Part shown: positions 13,838 through 27,325 of the stretch, in pieces | How positions within the stretch are numbered: the stretch's first letter is position 1 | Layout of the letters: the number at the start of each line of letters is the position of its first letter | Source: Eledone cirrhosa | Lineage: Eukaryota | Length of the DNA stretch: 64,000 bases | Assembly (NCBI GenBank): GCA_964016885.1 | Contig: OZ024742.1 | Location: 60,140,001 to 60,204,000, forward strand | Reading direction: 5' to 3' | The notes under the pieces: model-generated | What the model saw: only the letters and a program-made list of their open reading frames with translations | Database searches by the model: none | Told to the model about the DNA's origin: nothing | Translations under genes and position numbers: made by a program

Positions 13838-15398
13838 AAGAACCTTAAATCACCAAAAACCTGCCTAAATACAAAAACAGAACTTTTCACCAGTTGCCCA
13901 CACATGATATTGCTTTCCAGCTGATATAAACTTAACTCACTTTCAGATACTTATCCTCCATAAACCCTTATTCTTCACTTTCCTTAAATTATCCTCTTTA
14001 CAGACTTCTCTTTCTGATTTACTTTCATTTTAAACTTTATTTTTAATTTAATTTTTATTTTTACTTCACATCCACCAGTAACCTCCCCCCTACTTTTCGA
14101 TTCACTTACCTAATATCTTCACATTCCACATTTTACTTCCCCATTTTCTTTCACTACCTGATACTAAAGGTCACTTGCGTTTTCCACACCAGATATATTC
14201 TGTTGTTTCGCAGCCGATTTTATATTTGTACTCATTTATTCATACGGCTGGTTTATAATCTGTATCTATGTGTGTGAGTGTGCTTATGTGTGTATACGTT
14301 CTGTATATGTATACGAACGCCTCCGTATGTGTGCGTGCGTACGTATATATATATGTGTGTGTATGTGTGTTTTTATATCTGTTTTTTTATATCTATGTTT
14401 TTTACATACTTATTTATACGAGTGTGTGTATGCGGGTGAATGTATGTGTATGTGTATGTATATGTGTGTATATCTATATGTATGTATGGGTGTGTATGTA
14501 TATATGTATATATATATATATAGTCGCGTAAGTACGTGTGATTAGATATACATGTGGCGATATATATATATATATATATATACGTGCATCATGTGTATGT
14601 ATGTACGCATGCATGCGCTTTTGTCTGTACGTATTTGTGTGTATAAATATTTTTTTATATATATATGTGTGTGTACGTGCGTACCTATGTTTGTTTTCTT
14701 TTCTCTAGTGTTAATTGATTACTTTCTCTTTGTTTTAAAAAATGTTTTCATTCTCATATATTGTTTCATTTTTATACATATATCGAGAATGACACTTCTT
14801 TTTACTATTACACTCCCTTCCGTCTTTATCTTCAGCATATAAGTGACCGCACGTGTGTGTGTGTTTATACGCGTGCTTTCATACTCGTATGTGTATTTAA
14901 TACATGTATCTGGATGCGTGTTAACTATATTATCTTACAATTTCTTTTTCAACTCATATTATATACGTATTTGTGATCACATATACACAAATATACTTGC
15001 CTTCATATATGTACTTACGCACACATTTTCACCATACACATGCATTTGTACATACACACATATGTACATTTGTGAGTGTATATACATACATATACACATA
15101 CCCTAACTATATTTCCTTATCTTTTTATATATCTCTTGCATTACTTTTATTTATATTTTTTTTGCCCGTTAAACTCTTGCATTTCTTGAGGAGACTTTTC
15201 AAATATTTCACTAAGTTTTAAATTGCCTTGTCCGACGAACGAATGAGGACGTTTGTCGTATTCGTCTTATTCGGGAAACCACTGGTAATGAGGTAATTAT
15301 ATTGTATTGTTTATTATACATAAAATGTTGCTCTGGAACTTACATAGAGCACTCTTCACTCCTACGATTTTTCAATTTTCAACGGAAACTTCAATACC
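13838..15398 (+). mobile_element. 3' remnant of a Penelope-like element (F5): ORF C-terminus, long 3' region, HHR
   Basis: CLNTKTELFTSCPH...LLSS* resembles the LNxxxELxxxCxH terminus of PLE ORFs (from memory); homolog LNSKTDIFRSSPH...LLSSW at about 21849-21914; HHR at 15221-15298. Confidence 0.55.
15221..15298 (+). ncRNA. Type I hammerhead ribozyme motif (F5)
   Basis: AATTGCCTTGT CCGACGA A CGAATGAGGACG...CGTCTTATTCG G GAAA CCACTGG TA ATGAGGTAATT; 11-bp stem I with G-U pairs, U4C core change, GUA site. Confidence 0.7.
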
Positions 15399-15429
<31 letters not shown>

Positions 15430-15432
<3 letters not shown>

Positions 15433-15622
15433 ATGGTTTTTATCCCGGGTTCAATCGGGTATAACCACTCAATACATAGCAGAGTATAAATATTTAACAT
15501 AGAAATGGCTTCTACAGGACTAGAACCGTTTCACTCAGGAGAAATCATCAGGAGGCTCTGGTGCTTCCTGATGATATCTCCCAAATGAAATAGTTCAGGT
15601 TCTGTAGGACCCATTTCTATAT
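15430..15622 (-). mobile_element. F4 copy with HHR-like core (about 15515-15556, minus) and inverted duplicate (15565-15622)
   Basis: Minus: CCTGATGATTTCTCCTGAGTGAAACGGTTCTAGTCCTGTAGAAG; mirrored arm CCTGATGATATCTCCCAAATGAAATAGTTC. Confidence 0.65.
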
Positions 15623-15623
15623 C

Positions 15624-16017
<394 letters not shown>

Positions 16018-16041
16018 AATGGTTACACAACTGTTAGTTCA

Positions 16042-16091
16042 CCATCCGGAGAACAATTGTTTCACCTTAGCGGATCCTCAGCTCGTGATGG
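16042..16091 (-). ncRNA. Minimal type I hammerhead ribozyme motif (family F6, element about 16017-16415)
   Basis: Minus: CCATCACGAG CTGAGGA T-CC-GCTAA-GG-T GAAA CAATTG TT CTCCGGATGG; palindromic stem III, GUU site. Confidence 0.7.
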
Positions 16092-16412
16092 ACATGGTTA
16101 TATGGAATAGGAAGGACAACCGTACGAATGCGCATGTGCAGAAACGATCACTTAACACAGGTAATACTAAATTGCGTGCGAGAGGTGTAAGGGAGATAAC
16201 TACGAAAAGCTCTAAAGTTTCTAGTTGATTCAATCAATTTCTGTTGTAATTCAATCCGGAGGTTTGTAGTTATGTAAGAGGTGTTTCCAGACGTGTGGAC
16301 AACGTGTGAAGAATTCAATCCTTCAATTTAAATTTTGTGTAACCACTTCTACCAATCTCGTCCCATGGGCTGAGTGCTCAACCACTACGGATCTTACCTT
16401 CCAGTGTTCTAC

Positions 16413-16497
<85 letters not shown>

Positions 16498-16899
16498 TTA
16501 GAATTGGTGCTCTGAAATAGCGCTCCCTTTGTTTGTTGAAAATTATGAATGTTGGATTCTTATAGAATTCCAATAATAATCAGCAACTGATTATACAGAG
16601 CGGTTGCCGGTCCAGCAGAAATTGAAAATTAGAATTGGTGCTCTGAAATAGCATTTTAAAGACCTTACGCTATCACAATTTTCAACAAACAAAGGGAGAA
16701 CTAAGCTCTGAGGAATACCAACAGTATGAAACAGAGATCTGTCACCTTATCTCCCTTTGTTTGTTGAAAAAATAAGTAAGTGACATAGTCACTACTTTAA
16801 AACAATAGCGTAAAGTCTTCAAAATGCTTTTAATTAAGCATACAGTGTATTACCAAATACACTATATATACATTCATATATATATATATCATATATATA

Positions 16900-17951
16900 T
16901 CAATCAAATTTGTTTCTTAGGTCGGATTTACTACTGTAGTAGGTAAGGGGTCGTATGCTTGAACTGCTGGCGGCACTTTGCCGTCTTCACTGTCTTTAGG
17001 CGCCCACTTCTACACCGATGGCGTACACACCCTCAACTGTATTGTATAGTACGATCACCGTAAACAATTATTTCTACTTATTTTTTTTTTAAATAATGTT
17101 TGGAGGGAATTTTGAAATCAAATTAGAAAATTATTAGAAAAATATTTAGCATAACGTTTCAAGAACACAGCCTCAGAATACCTTAAAACATACACATTTC
17201 AAAAGATAAAAAGAAAAATCCTCTGTACAAGGAACGTTTTTAAATGAATGTTTGGAACAGCCTTTCAAAAAAAGTTATTTCGAAGGCATTTTTGATAAAT
17301 ATACACATATCTACACTCTCACACTCTACCCAGGGAAGCGTGTACATTTGAGACGCTGCACATATATACACAGATGAAAAAAAGAAAGATCTACACATAG
17401 GCATTCATACCCTCACACAGACATGTTCATACAATTACATCCACCCAGACATGTGTATACACGTGCGCATGAATATCTGCGTGGACGCACATACATACAT
17501 GTACCCGCGCACGCTCATATCGAGGGCGAATACTTGATGAATACCCTGCCATCCGTACACACACGCGGAGATGTGCCCATGGTGCACATAGTATTATGTG
17601 GGACAGCGTTATTGAGGCTTGGACGCAGCTTGATCATGTGGCGATATAAGCCCGAAAGTGCATGCACAATATGCATAAATGTTATAGCCGCATAGTATCC
17701 TTGCGCTAATCACATACAGTTTCGGTGGCACACATATATATATATATAAATGCCTGTATGTACATAAAATAAAATTATATAATATAATATAATATAAAAT
17801 AAAATAAAATAAAATAAAATGCTGGAAAAAGGAATGTAAACATGACAAGGATGCAGAGGGGGACCGGACATTATTTGGGTGTGCGTAAAGTTGCATACAA
17901 CCCCTTACCTACTACGGTAGTAATTCCGACCTAAGAAACAAATTTGATTGA
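16900..17951. mobile_element. Putative non-autonomous DNA transposon bounded by ~60-bp inverted repeats
   Basis: TCAATCAAATTTGTTTCTTAGGTCGGATTTACTACTGTAGTAGGTAAGGGGTCGTATGC at 16900 mirrored at 17892-17951; no clear TSD or ORF. Confidence 0.6.
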
Positions 17952-19019
17952 CAGGTGGAGAATGACAAGAACCAAATAATGGACAACCATGAGTGGCTAG
18001 AAATACTGATGACGTGTACAATTCTTGACCACTCAAAGAATGATAACAGGATGTAAGTATATCGATGTAAAAGGACATAGCAAAATCTACTTCGTAGAAT
18101 CAAGACGTATCTGACGACCTTGCGATTTTCAGAGTCAGGTTCAATCATCACATCGATCGTGCCTCTAGCTGGTCGCCAGAAAAACGATTCTAATACGTCC
18201 AATAAATTCCATTCGTCGCAACAATGATTCTCTTTTTTTTTACTGTGATATAATACTCTGCTCTATGAGAGCATCGAGTTCTCATACGGCCTACCGCATA
18301 CGGACGCTTTAAGCATCCAGCACCAATTATATATATATATAAAATTTCGTACTGTCAATCGATAACATAAGTTCGACTTATTATGGCTGTCCGCGCCCAT
18401 TGAATGAAACAAAAACCACATGCTTTTCTTTATATTCAAGCGGGATAAATATATAGAATGGGACTCACTCACATAACATTACCGTAAACAATAAACTCAT
18501 TATTTTCAATACTGGAAGCTAAAATGTCACTTTTCAAATGCTTTTGTAGAATTGTTTAATCTTTCATAATCTTTTGTCGACCACCTCTCTTATGCACCAG
18601 TTAGATGTTTTATATAGCATGGTTTGATATTTGAGAATTTTGTCCGCTTCACCAAGCTGTCTTAATGATCTTATTGGTAATATAAAAACAGATATTGTGC
18701 AAACGTAAAGAAATGAAATCGAAGAATCAAGCATGGGGTTGAAGCATGGAAACGTGCTTTTGGGTTCAGTCACACTGCGCAGCACCTTAGATCAGAGTCA
18801 TATGGCGGTGTGACAAATACTATGTAAAAGGAATTTGTTAGGGGGAAACTGTACACACTTCCACATTCACACTCACATATACACACACATACGCCCACAT
18901 ATAGATGGCCTATACATATGAGGTTGTTTCTGCCGTTGATGATGGGAGTGGTCGGGAACTAATAGACTGCTTTTTGCTGCTGTTTCATACCTTTGCTTTT
19001 CTTGGGTTTGCATCTTGAT

Positions 19020-19140
19020 GACTCGACAACTTCAGTCTTTGTAATGATGATGGTGAAAGCGAAAGCTATACGCACAATTGAGCTGTTATTATGAAGTTGC
19101 TGTGTTTCTCTGACAGCAGAAAGGAAGATGTCATTGCTGT
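19020..19140 (-). pseudogene. Highly decayed RTE-type reverse transcriptase fragment
   Basis: NDIFLSAVRETQQLHNNSSIVRIAFAFTIIITKTEVV follows the ADD...LQ...FGLTISxxKTEV pattern. Confidence 0.4.
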
Positions 19141-19696
19141 ATTTTGAGTGGGCAATAATGCCAATATAAACACAGTACAAGCTGATGTTTTATTTCAGTT
19201 TTATTATTAGTTAGGTACCGTGGGGTAGTGGAGCGTCGAACCGTATGCTTTTGTGGCTTATAGTTACGGTACTTTACGTTATGAGTTCAAATACCACCAA
19301 GTTTAGTTTTACCTTTCATCCATATGGGATAGATAAAATGAAGTTCTAGTAACGCACTGGGGACGTGTTAAACGCATTTCCCTTTCTTTTCAAGATGCTG
19401 GCCTTGTGTCAAAAGTTGATACAATTGCCTGTTAGGTAACTAATCCATTCATCGATTTGTTTAGCAGCTGGAGTGATATTTCTCGAAGCGGTTTGTCACA
19501 CATTCTTTTTTTATATTTTTAAGTTTGTTCTAGTTATACCACGATCAGAATAACTAGAGGAATATCAAACTTCCTCGTAAGTTTGATTATCTATACGTTC
19601 ATATACAGGACCATGTAATCATATGAGTACGTTACACAGCCAAACTATTTTAATTTATTTGTTATTATAAACTATCATTATTTCTATTTATCCGAA

Positions 19697-19886
19697 GGGC
19701 AGTGAATTGGCAGCATCGCTAGAGCGTCAGAGACCATGCTTTACAGCATAGTTATGGCCCTTTACGTTCTGAGTTCAAATCACGCCGAGATTAATTTGCC
19801 TTTCATCCTTACGGTGTCGATAAAATAAAGTACCAGTAATGCTCTGGGATAATTGGTGGATTTGTGCCAAAAGAAGAAACAATTAT
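19697..19886 (+). mobile_element. SINE A copy (older copy also at about 19215-19425)
   Basis: A/B boxes, central block and tail. Confidence 0.85.
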
Positions 19887-20601
19887 TTTTTATTTATTTT
19901 AATGTCTGCACATGGAATTGAAACCTGAAGATTTTGCATATTTTTATTTCAAACTTCGTGCGTATATGTGTGTGTGTAGCTGTGTGTGAATCTATATTGA
20001 TGAAAGTAACTTAACCATCTTGACACTTCCTGTCTACACTATCGAGTTAGATACATTAAAGAACTGTGTCTCAGTGCAGATAATTGTGTTTGTGTATGTG
20101 AGTGTGTATCGATGTGTATATTTATTATTCATAAACGTGGAAATATGTAGGTATATATATACAAAAACGTAAATAATGTAGATATATATACACACACACA
20201 GACACATATATATATACAAAAAAGTAAACGTAAGCAAGGTACCAAAGAATACAGTAAAATGAAGAAATATTTAAAAGTTTAATGCTTGATATATTAGGAA
20301 AAGAATTTTAAGGTTTATGGCTGTAGTCCTCTATCAGACGATAGAATGAGAAATTAAATAAATAGAAATATAGTGAGAGAGGAAGACCATGAAGATTAAT
20401 GTACCAATGTATAAGTAGGTATAGGGGACATATAACTTTCAGTGGTAGGTTGCAGTATGATTATAGTGCATCTTTTTTGTTCTTATATATTAACATCTAT
20501 TTGCTAAATGTACATTTTTTATAACATTGCCAGTCATATGCTTATTAATATAAGAAATAAATATGCCCTACTTTGGTTTTGACAACCTTTTACTTTCTCT
20601 C

Positions 20602-20927
<326 letters not shown>

Positions 20928-21402
20928 GTGTATATGTGTGTGTGTGTGTGTGTATGTATATAATTACCGCCCATTGGCCTTCAATAATTGAAATGTTATT
21001 TTCGTTATTTTATTTTTTTCCAATTTTCTCTTTTTTTTTATTTGTATTTTAGTTTCTAGGTGTTTTTTTTAAATTTCATTTCTTTTCTTTTTATTGTCTC
21101 ACTAGCTGTTTTTGGTTACCAACTGTAAGTACTCGATACCTCCCCGAGTCTGTCATGGCTTACTATTTCTATACGGACGTTTGAATTGAATATATATATA
21201 TAGTAAAGACTAAAATCCAAAGAAGGCTCGATCAGGATAAATATATATCAAATATATAAGAAACGTAGATCAAATATTTATTAAAATAACAGATTAAAGT
21301 TTAAGCAAAGAATCGCTGCTTTCACCCTTAACGGGAACTTCTGAAACTCCCGTTAAGGGTGAAAGCACCGATTCTTTGCTTAAACTTTAGTATGATATTT
21401 TA

Positions 21403-21446
<44 letters not shown>

Positions 21447-21551
21447 TGATGTTAATATTAAGTGTTTCCGTAGGAAAGGTAAAGGAAAGGAGAGTGCCCT
21501 ATGTAGACTACAGAGCTTTTTAGTTATGTAATAAACAACATAAAATAATTA

Positions 21552-21624
21552 TTTCATTTACCAAAGGTTTCACGAAGACAGACGAACTTGATACAGACGT
21601 CTGAAATCGTTCGTCAGAATCAAA
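21552..21624 (-). ncRNA. Type I hammerhead ribozyme motif (F5)
   Basis: Minus: TTTGATT CTGACGA A CGATTTCAGACG...CGTCTGTCTTCG T GAAA CCTTTGG TA AATGAAA. Confidence 0.7.
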
Positions 21625-21968
21625 ATTTATTTAAAACGGATGTGAGATATGAATTTCAAAACAAAGTCTAGAACAATTGAAAGCAAGGCTTAAATAAAAT
21701 AACGGACGTAATGTAAAGGGAAAATAATAAATGTATATGTATATATATATACAAATATACACATACATATATAAGCACATACCCACGCATATACCTATCC
21801 TCACACATTTACACATACGTACATGTACACATACATATATATATTTCGCTCAATTCTAAAACTGATATCTTCAGAAGTAGTCCACACATAAAACCACATC
21901 TCCTTTCCAGCTGGTACAATATACCTACAAACACTCAACCACCTCTTTACAAATTAACTGTTCCACTC

Positions 21969-22351
21969 ACTACCCAGATCTCTTTATGAACACATACATT
22001 TTACCCAGATCGACTTATAAACATATACTTTTTACCACAACCATTATACAATATTATCTCCCACTTGTTTATTTTATTTTATTTATACCCTCTCCAATTT
22101 TCTGTCATACTTTTAACACATACACACCCATCAACTTCCTTCTGTCTACCTTTCTTAACTTACTACCCAGATCGCTTTATGAACACATACATTTTACCCA
22201 AATCGATTTATAAATACATACTTTTTACCACAACCATTATACACAATTATATCCCACTTGTTTATTTTATTTCATTTATACCCTCCCCATTTTCTGTCAT
22301 AATTTTAATACATACACACCGACCACCTTCTTTCTGTCCACCTTTCTTAAC
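21969..22351 (+). repeat. Tandem duplication, period 193 bp
   Basis: ACTACCCAGATC starts at 21969 and 22162 with colinear similarity. Confidence 0.85.
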
Positions 22352-22720
22352 CCCTTTTTAGAGTCCCTTAACACTTCTTGCCACTTTTTTAAACATACCT
22401 TTATCTACAACCAATAACACTCACATATTCACATTATTCACATATAATTTGTCATACCCTATCACTACGCTTATCCATTCTTCTTTCTACCTATTAGTTA
22501 TACTCTTTCTACACACACCCTTACATTTCATTATATTTTTACGGGAACCCTATTTCTACTTTTCAGATATTATGTTCAGAGTTATGTATAAATATATTTT
22601 TATGTATGTATACATTTGTGTATGTATTTATTTATAATTACGTGTGTATTCTTGTATATTTGTGTAATTGTATAGGGTTTGTCATAGGTATGTGCGTATG
22701 TTTCTACATGTCTATGTACG

Positions 22721-22808
<88 letters not shown>

Positions 22809-22886
22809 GACAGTTCAAGAGTAATTCAATCTTAAATGGAGAGATAGATATAGGGATAGGATAGGAGAGATTGGTGAAGGTTTATA

Positions 22887-22958
<72 letters not shown>

Positions 22959-23139
22959 TTTTAATATAGATGAGATTCTACAAATCATCTAACTGTTTCA
23001 TTCATTAGAAATCATCTAATTTCTAATGAATGAAACAGTTCTAGTCCTGTAGAATCTCATCTATATTAAAACTTTTATACTCTGCTATGTATTGAGTACC
23101 TTACTTACTGTGGTTACCTCCGATTCAACCTGGAATAAC

Positions 23140-23194
<55 letters not shown>

Positions 23195-23324
23195 CATATA
23201 TAAGCATATATGTGTGTGTATGTATCTGTATATATGTATATATATATGTGTATATGTGCGTGTATGTACGGTTATTGCGTGTATCTGTATATATATATAT
23301 ATATATATGCATGTATATGTTTAT

Positions 23325-23371
<47 letters not shown>

Positions 23372-23477
23372 CATATGTATGTAATTGTGAGTGTACATTT
23401 TTATTCCTATATGTGTGTGTTTGCGTGAGCCTGTATATATATATGTATATATATATGTATATATGTATATATATAAG

Positions 23478-23645
23478 GGAGCCCCTACATGGACACACTA
23501 GAAGAGGAAGACCAAGGTTAACGAATGTTGATGCCCTAAGGACAGACACTGGTCTGTTGGAGATGCAGGACATGGCAACGATAATGAGGGACAGAGACCG
23601 CTGGAGAGAACTCATCCATGGTTCTCGGGAATTTTACCCGCCTTA
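23478..23645 (+). mobile_element. RTE-clade LINE 3' end fragment in (TA)n
   Basis: [26 protein letters not shown]...DRWRE. Confidence 0.85.
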
Positions 23646-23837
23646 TATATATATATATATATGTATATAACATGATAACTTAACGGAGCCATAGATTCTC
23701 GCTATTCCCTGTCAATAATTGTGCTCAAAGGAGAAGGAATCCTGAGCTCGTTAGAATACAATATGTTGAAAAGGTTTCTCCCTGTTTTATTGAGGGCGCA
23801 CTATCTCTCTCTAGTGTGTTACCTTTTCAACATATTG

Positions 23838-23885
<48 letters not shown>

Positions 23886-24087
23886 TTTCTATTATTTAAT
23901 TTTTAATTCATGATTTCTTTGTTTTCTCGTTGTTGTCGACCCCTGTACTTTAGGTACGTCGCGTGCGCGTGTAAACGTACATTTATTTTTATTTTTATTT
24001 TTCTAGCCTGCTTATTCAGCCACTGATCTATATCGACGTAAATGTATGTCTTTGTATGGTATATTGTATATGTGTTTATATGGGTGT

Positions 24088-24282
24088 GTCTTAGTCTTAG
24101 ATTCTTCCCCGCCGTTCGACGCATCGAACAGTGAGTACTCGCCAACGGTTACGATCAGCGGCAACCTTTTCGAGACCGTGGTGATATTGGCTGCCATCAG
24201 GTCCTTCCGGAACGTTCGTCGCCAGGTGATCCTTGGGCAACCCTGCTTCCGTTGACCGCCAGGCGGAGTCCAGTTCATCGCT
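24088..24282 (-). mobile_element. RTE-clade LINE 3' end fragment (different family)
   Basis: NWTPPGGQRKQGCPRITWRRT...VAADRNRWR with frameshift; (CTAAGA)n-type tail. Confidence 0.75.
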
Positions 24283-24374
24283 GTTTTCGAATTCCGTGTG
24301 TGTGTGTATATATATATTCATATAAATGTGTGTGTGTACATATATGTATGTATATATGTATGTGTATGTAAGCG

Positions 24375-24407
<33 letters not shown>

Positions 24408-25425
24408 ATATATATGCATATATGTGTATGTGTATGCATGTCTACACGTACATGTACACATGTCTACACGTACATGTACACATTTATATTTATAACAGGA
24501 GCGATTTCAATGAATTTAATATCAAATGGGTTAAATTCATTGCCTACACACACATATTACCACAAAGAGAAGTACGCATACATCCATGCACAGAAATACG
24601 CAAACACCCACACAAAATCATCAATATAAATAACAAAGATTACTGTGATTTCTAAATTTGGAATAAGACTACAACTGTTGAAGTGGAACACATGGTGGAA
24701 TAAGCAGAGCCTGATTAATTTCCCGTCACAATTCTAACGCTGCTTCTTTCTTACAATGAATATAAAAGAAAGGTGGTGAACGTTGACCTGGATGGAATTT
24801 CAGCTAAGAATGTAGAGGGACAAAACAAAATACTGTGATATATTTATTCAAGTCAATTTCTGCCAATTCATTAGATAGTCTATGAAAACAAAGCAAGCCA
24901 AACTATGGAAAAAAACAACAAAGAATTGCGTTAACGATAATAAAACTGTGCTATTTTCTACGACTGGACGAATTCTTTAGCATAACTAATGCAGTAAGAA
25001 GAAAGCAAAAGAGAAGGTATTCGTTACAGTAAATATATTTCTAACTCATCAAATTAAAGCAATTTATATACAACCAGACAACGAAATTCTAGTTTTCCAT
25101 GGGAATAAATGAGTGAGTGGGAGAAAAAGCGCATATTTGAAAAGACTGTGCCACTCAAGTATATTGAGTTATATATCAGCAGGGGGCACAGTGAAATGGA
25201 GATGGTTCTGAAATTGGTTGTCAAATGATTTCAAGCTCCTGAATCTGGCAAATATTCAGTAATGATCTTTCATTCTGGAACTAGCATCATGCTATTCTGC
25301 TATTCTCTTTTATGAAAACCATCGGGAAGTACAAGTAAACTTCCTGTAGAAAGAATATATTCAAAACACAAACACTTAGACACCATACACACACACACAT
25401 ATATGTATGTATGTATGTTCATATA

Positions 25426-25535
<110 letters not shown>

Positions 25536-25999
25536 GGTGTGTGTGCGTGCGCGCACGCGTGTGTGTGTATGTGTGTCTAGGTGTGTGTGTATGTGTGCGT
25601 CTGTGTGTGTTTGTGTGTGTGTCCATATGTATACTTATACGCTCATGCAAACAAATGCTGACACAGGAACGCTAATTTAATGTTAGAATTTTAACATTAA
25701 ATTTCTCAACATACATCGCCAACAAACGCAAAGGTTTTCTATAACTAACTTAAATGTGAACATCACAAAACTTGTTCAGAATGTTCAATTAGAAGTATCT
25801 CATAAATGTTTATCTCATTAATATAATTTCCATCATATAAATTTCTAGATGCACCATGTATAATATGTTTAGTATTTAATCTGAACCATCAATATAAAAT
25901 CATGCCTTTCCATCAATAACAAAACATACACTATGTATATTTTCATAGCTTACGGTTTTCATAATTAAAATATGTTCAATCCATCGCTCATGCAGATGC

Positions 26000-26048
<49 letters not shown>

Positions 26049-26276
26049 GAAACACACAGATACATGCGGACACACACATATACATGAATGCATCCACACC
26101 CAACCGGGAGTTAATGGTGCCAACCTTACCGATGTTGCTCAATGAATGACCGGGACAGACCAATCCGGTTGAATTAGATTGAACCAGTATCAGAGTTAAA
26201 AATACATTATGAAGAGAGAAGAAACATTTAGATATAATTAGTAATAAAATGTATCATACCTAAACTGCTCCTAGAT

Positions 26277-26366
26277 TCCTCAACTACGTAGTTTCATGGC
26301 ATAAACAAAAACAATACATCATAAAGATATAGAGTCTTTGCGAGGTCTGCCGACTTATCAAGAGGA
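26277..26366 (-). ncRNA. Type I hammerhead ribozyme motif, U3-A8 variant (F8)
   Basis: Reverse complement of 27236-27325 with a GUU site. Confidence 0.7.
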
Positions 26367-27235
26367 TACCTCGTTTTACTAGCTTCAAGAACGCGTCTAC
26401 ATGACGTGAGAAAGAATCCCAAAAGGCCGAGGGAGAGATAGTCACGCGATATAACGGTCGAGAAACAGAGCTAAGCCTCTTATAACCCCGAAGAAAATAC
26501 CATGTAGGCGGAGGGGGTATTTATATCGAAGCCGTAGAAGAGGTGGTGAAGGAGCCGAGAAGTATGAGTAATGGCAGCTTTCCAGCAGTCACCACACTTC
26601 AAAGATTACTCGACCAGAGGGAGTTATGAACAATATATTTAGAAACACACAGATACATACGGACACATACATATACATGAATGCATCCACACCATTGTTT
26701 TTGTTTATGCCACGAAACTACGTAGTCGAGTAATCTAGGAGCAGTTTAGGTATGATACATTTTATTACTAATTATATCTAAATGTTTCTTCTCTCTTCAT
26801 AATGTATTTTTAACTCTGATACTGGTTCAGTCTAATTCAACCGGATTGGTCTGTCCCGGTCATTCATTGAGCAACATCGGTAAGGTTGGCACCATTAACT
26901 CCCGGTTGGGTGTGGATGCATTCATGTATATGTGTGTGTCCGCATGTATCTGTGTGTTTCTAAATATATTGTTCATAACTCCCTCTGGTCGAGTAATCTT
27001 TGAAGTGTGGTGACTGCTGGAAAGCTGCCATTACTCATACTTCTCGCCTCCTTCACCACCTCTTCTACGGCTTCGATATAAATACCCTCTCCGCCTCCAT
27101 GGTATTTTCTTCGGGGTTATAAGAGGCTTAGCTCTGTTTCTCGACCGTTATATCGCGTGACTATCTCCCCCTCCGCCTTTTGGGATTCTTTCTCACGTCA
27201 TGTAGACGCGTTCTTGAAGCTAGTAAAACGAGGTA

Positions 27236-27325
27236 TCCTCTTGATAAGTCGGCAGACCTCGCAAAGACTCTATATCTTTATGATGTATTGTTTTTGTTTA
27301 TGCCACGAAACTACGTAGTCGAGGA
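27236..27325 (+). ncRNA. Type I hammerhead ribozyme motif, U3-A8 variant (F8)
   Basis: TCCTC TTGATAA GTCGGCA...TGCCAC GAAA CTACGTAG TC GAGGA; palindromic stem III, GUC site after 27320. Confidence 0.8.

Larger units (their letters stand above)
21445..22720. mobile_element. Second F5 Penelope-like copy: inverted 3' terminal part (21445-21840, minus) head-to-head with ORF end and 3' region (21845-22720, plus)
   Basis: 21445-21630 is homologous in reverse to 15221-15398; 21849-21914 is homologous to 13862-13924. Confidence 0.6.

Noticed and set aside
17952-18480. Moderately GC-rich unique stretch (also 55990-56520 and 62880-63060) as host exons
   Set aside because: Short ORFs with no recognisable protein similarity; RNA-seq or BLASTX would be needed
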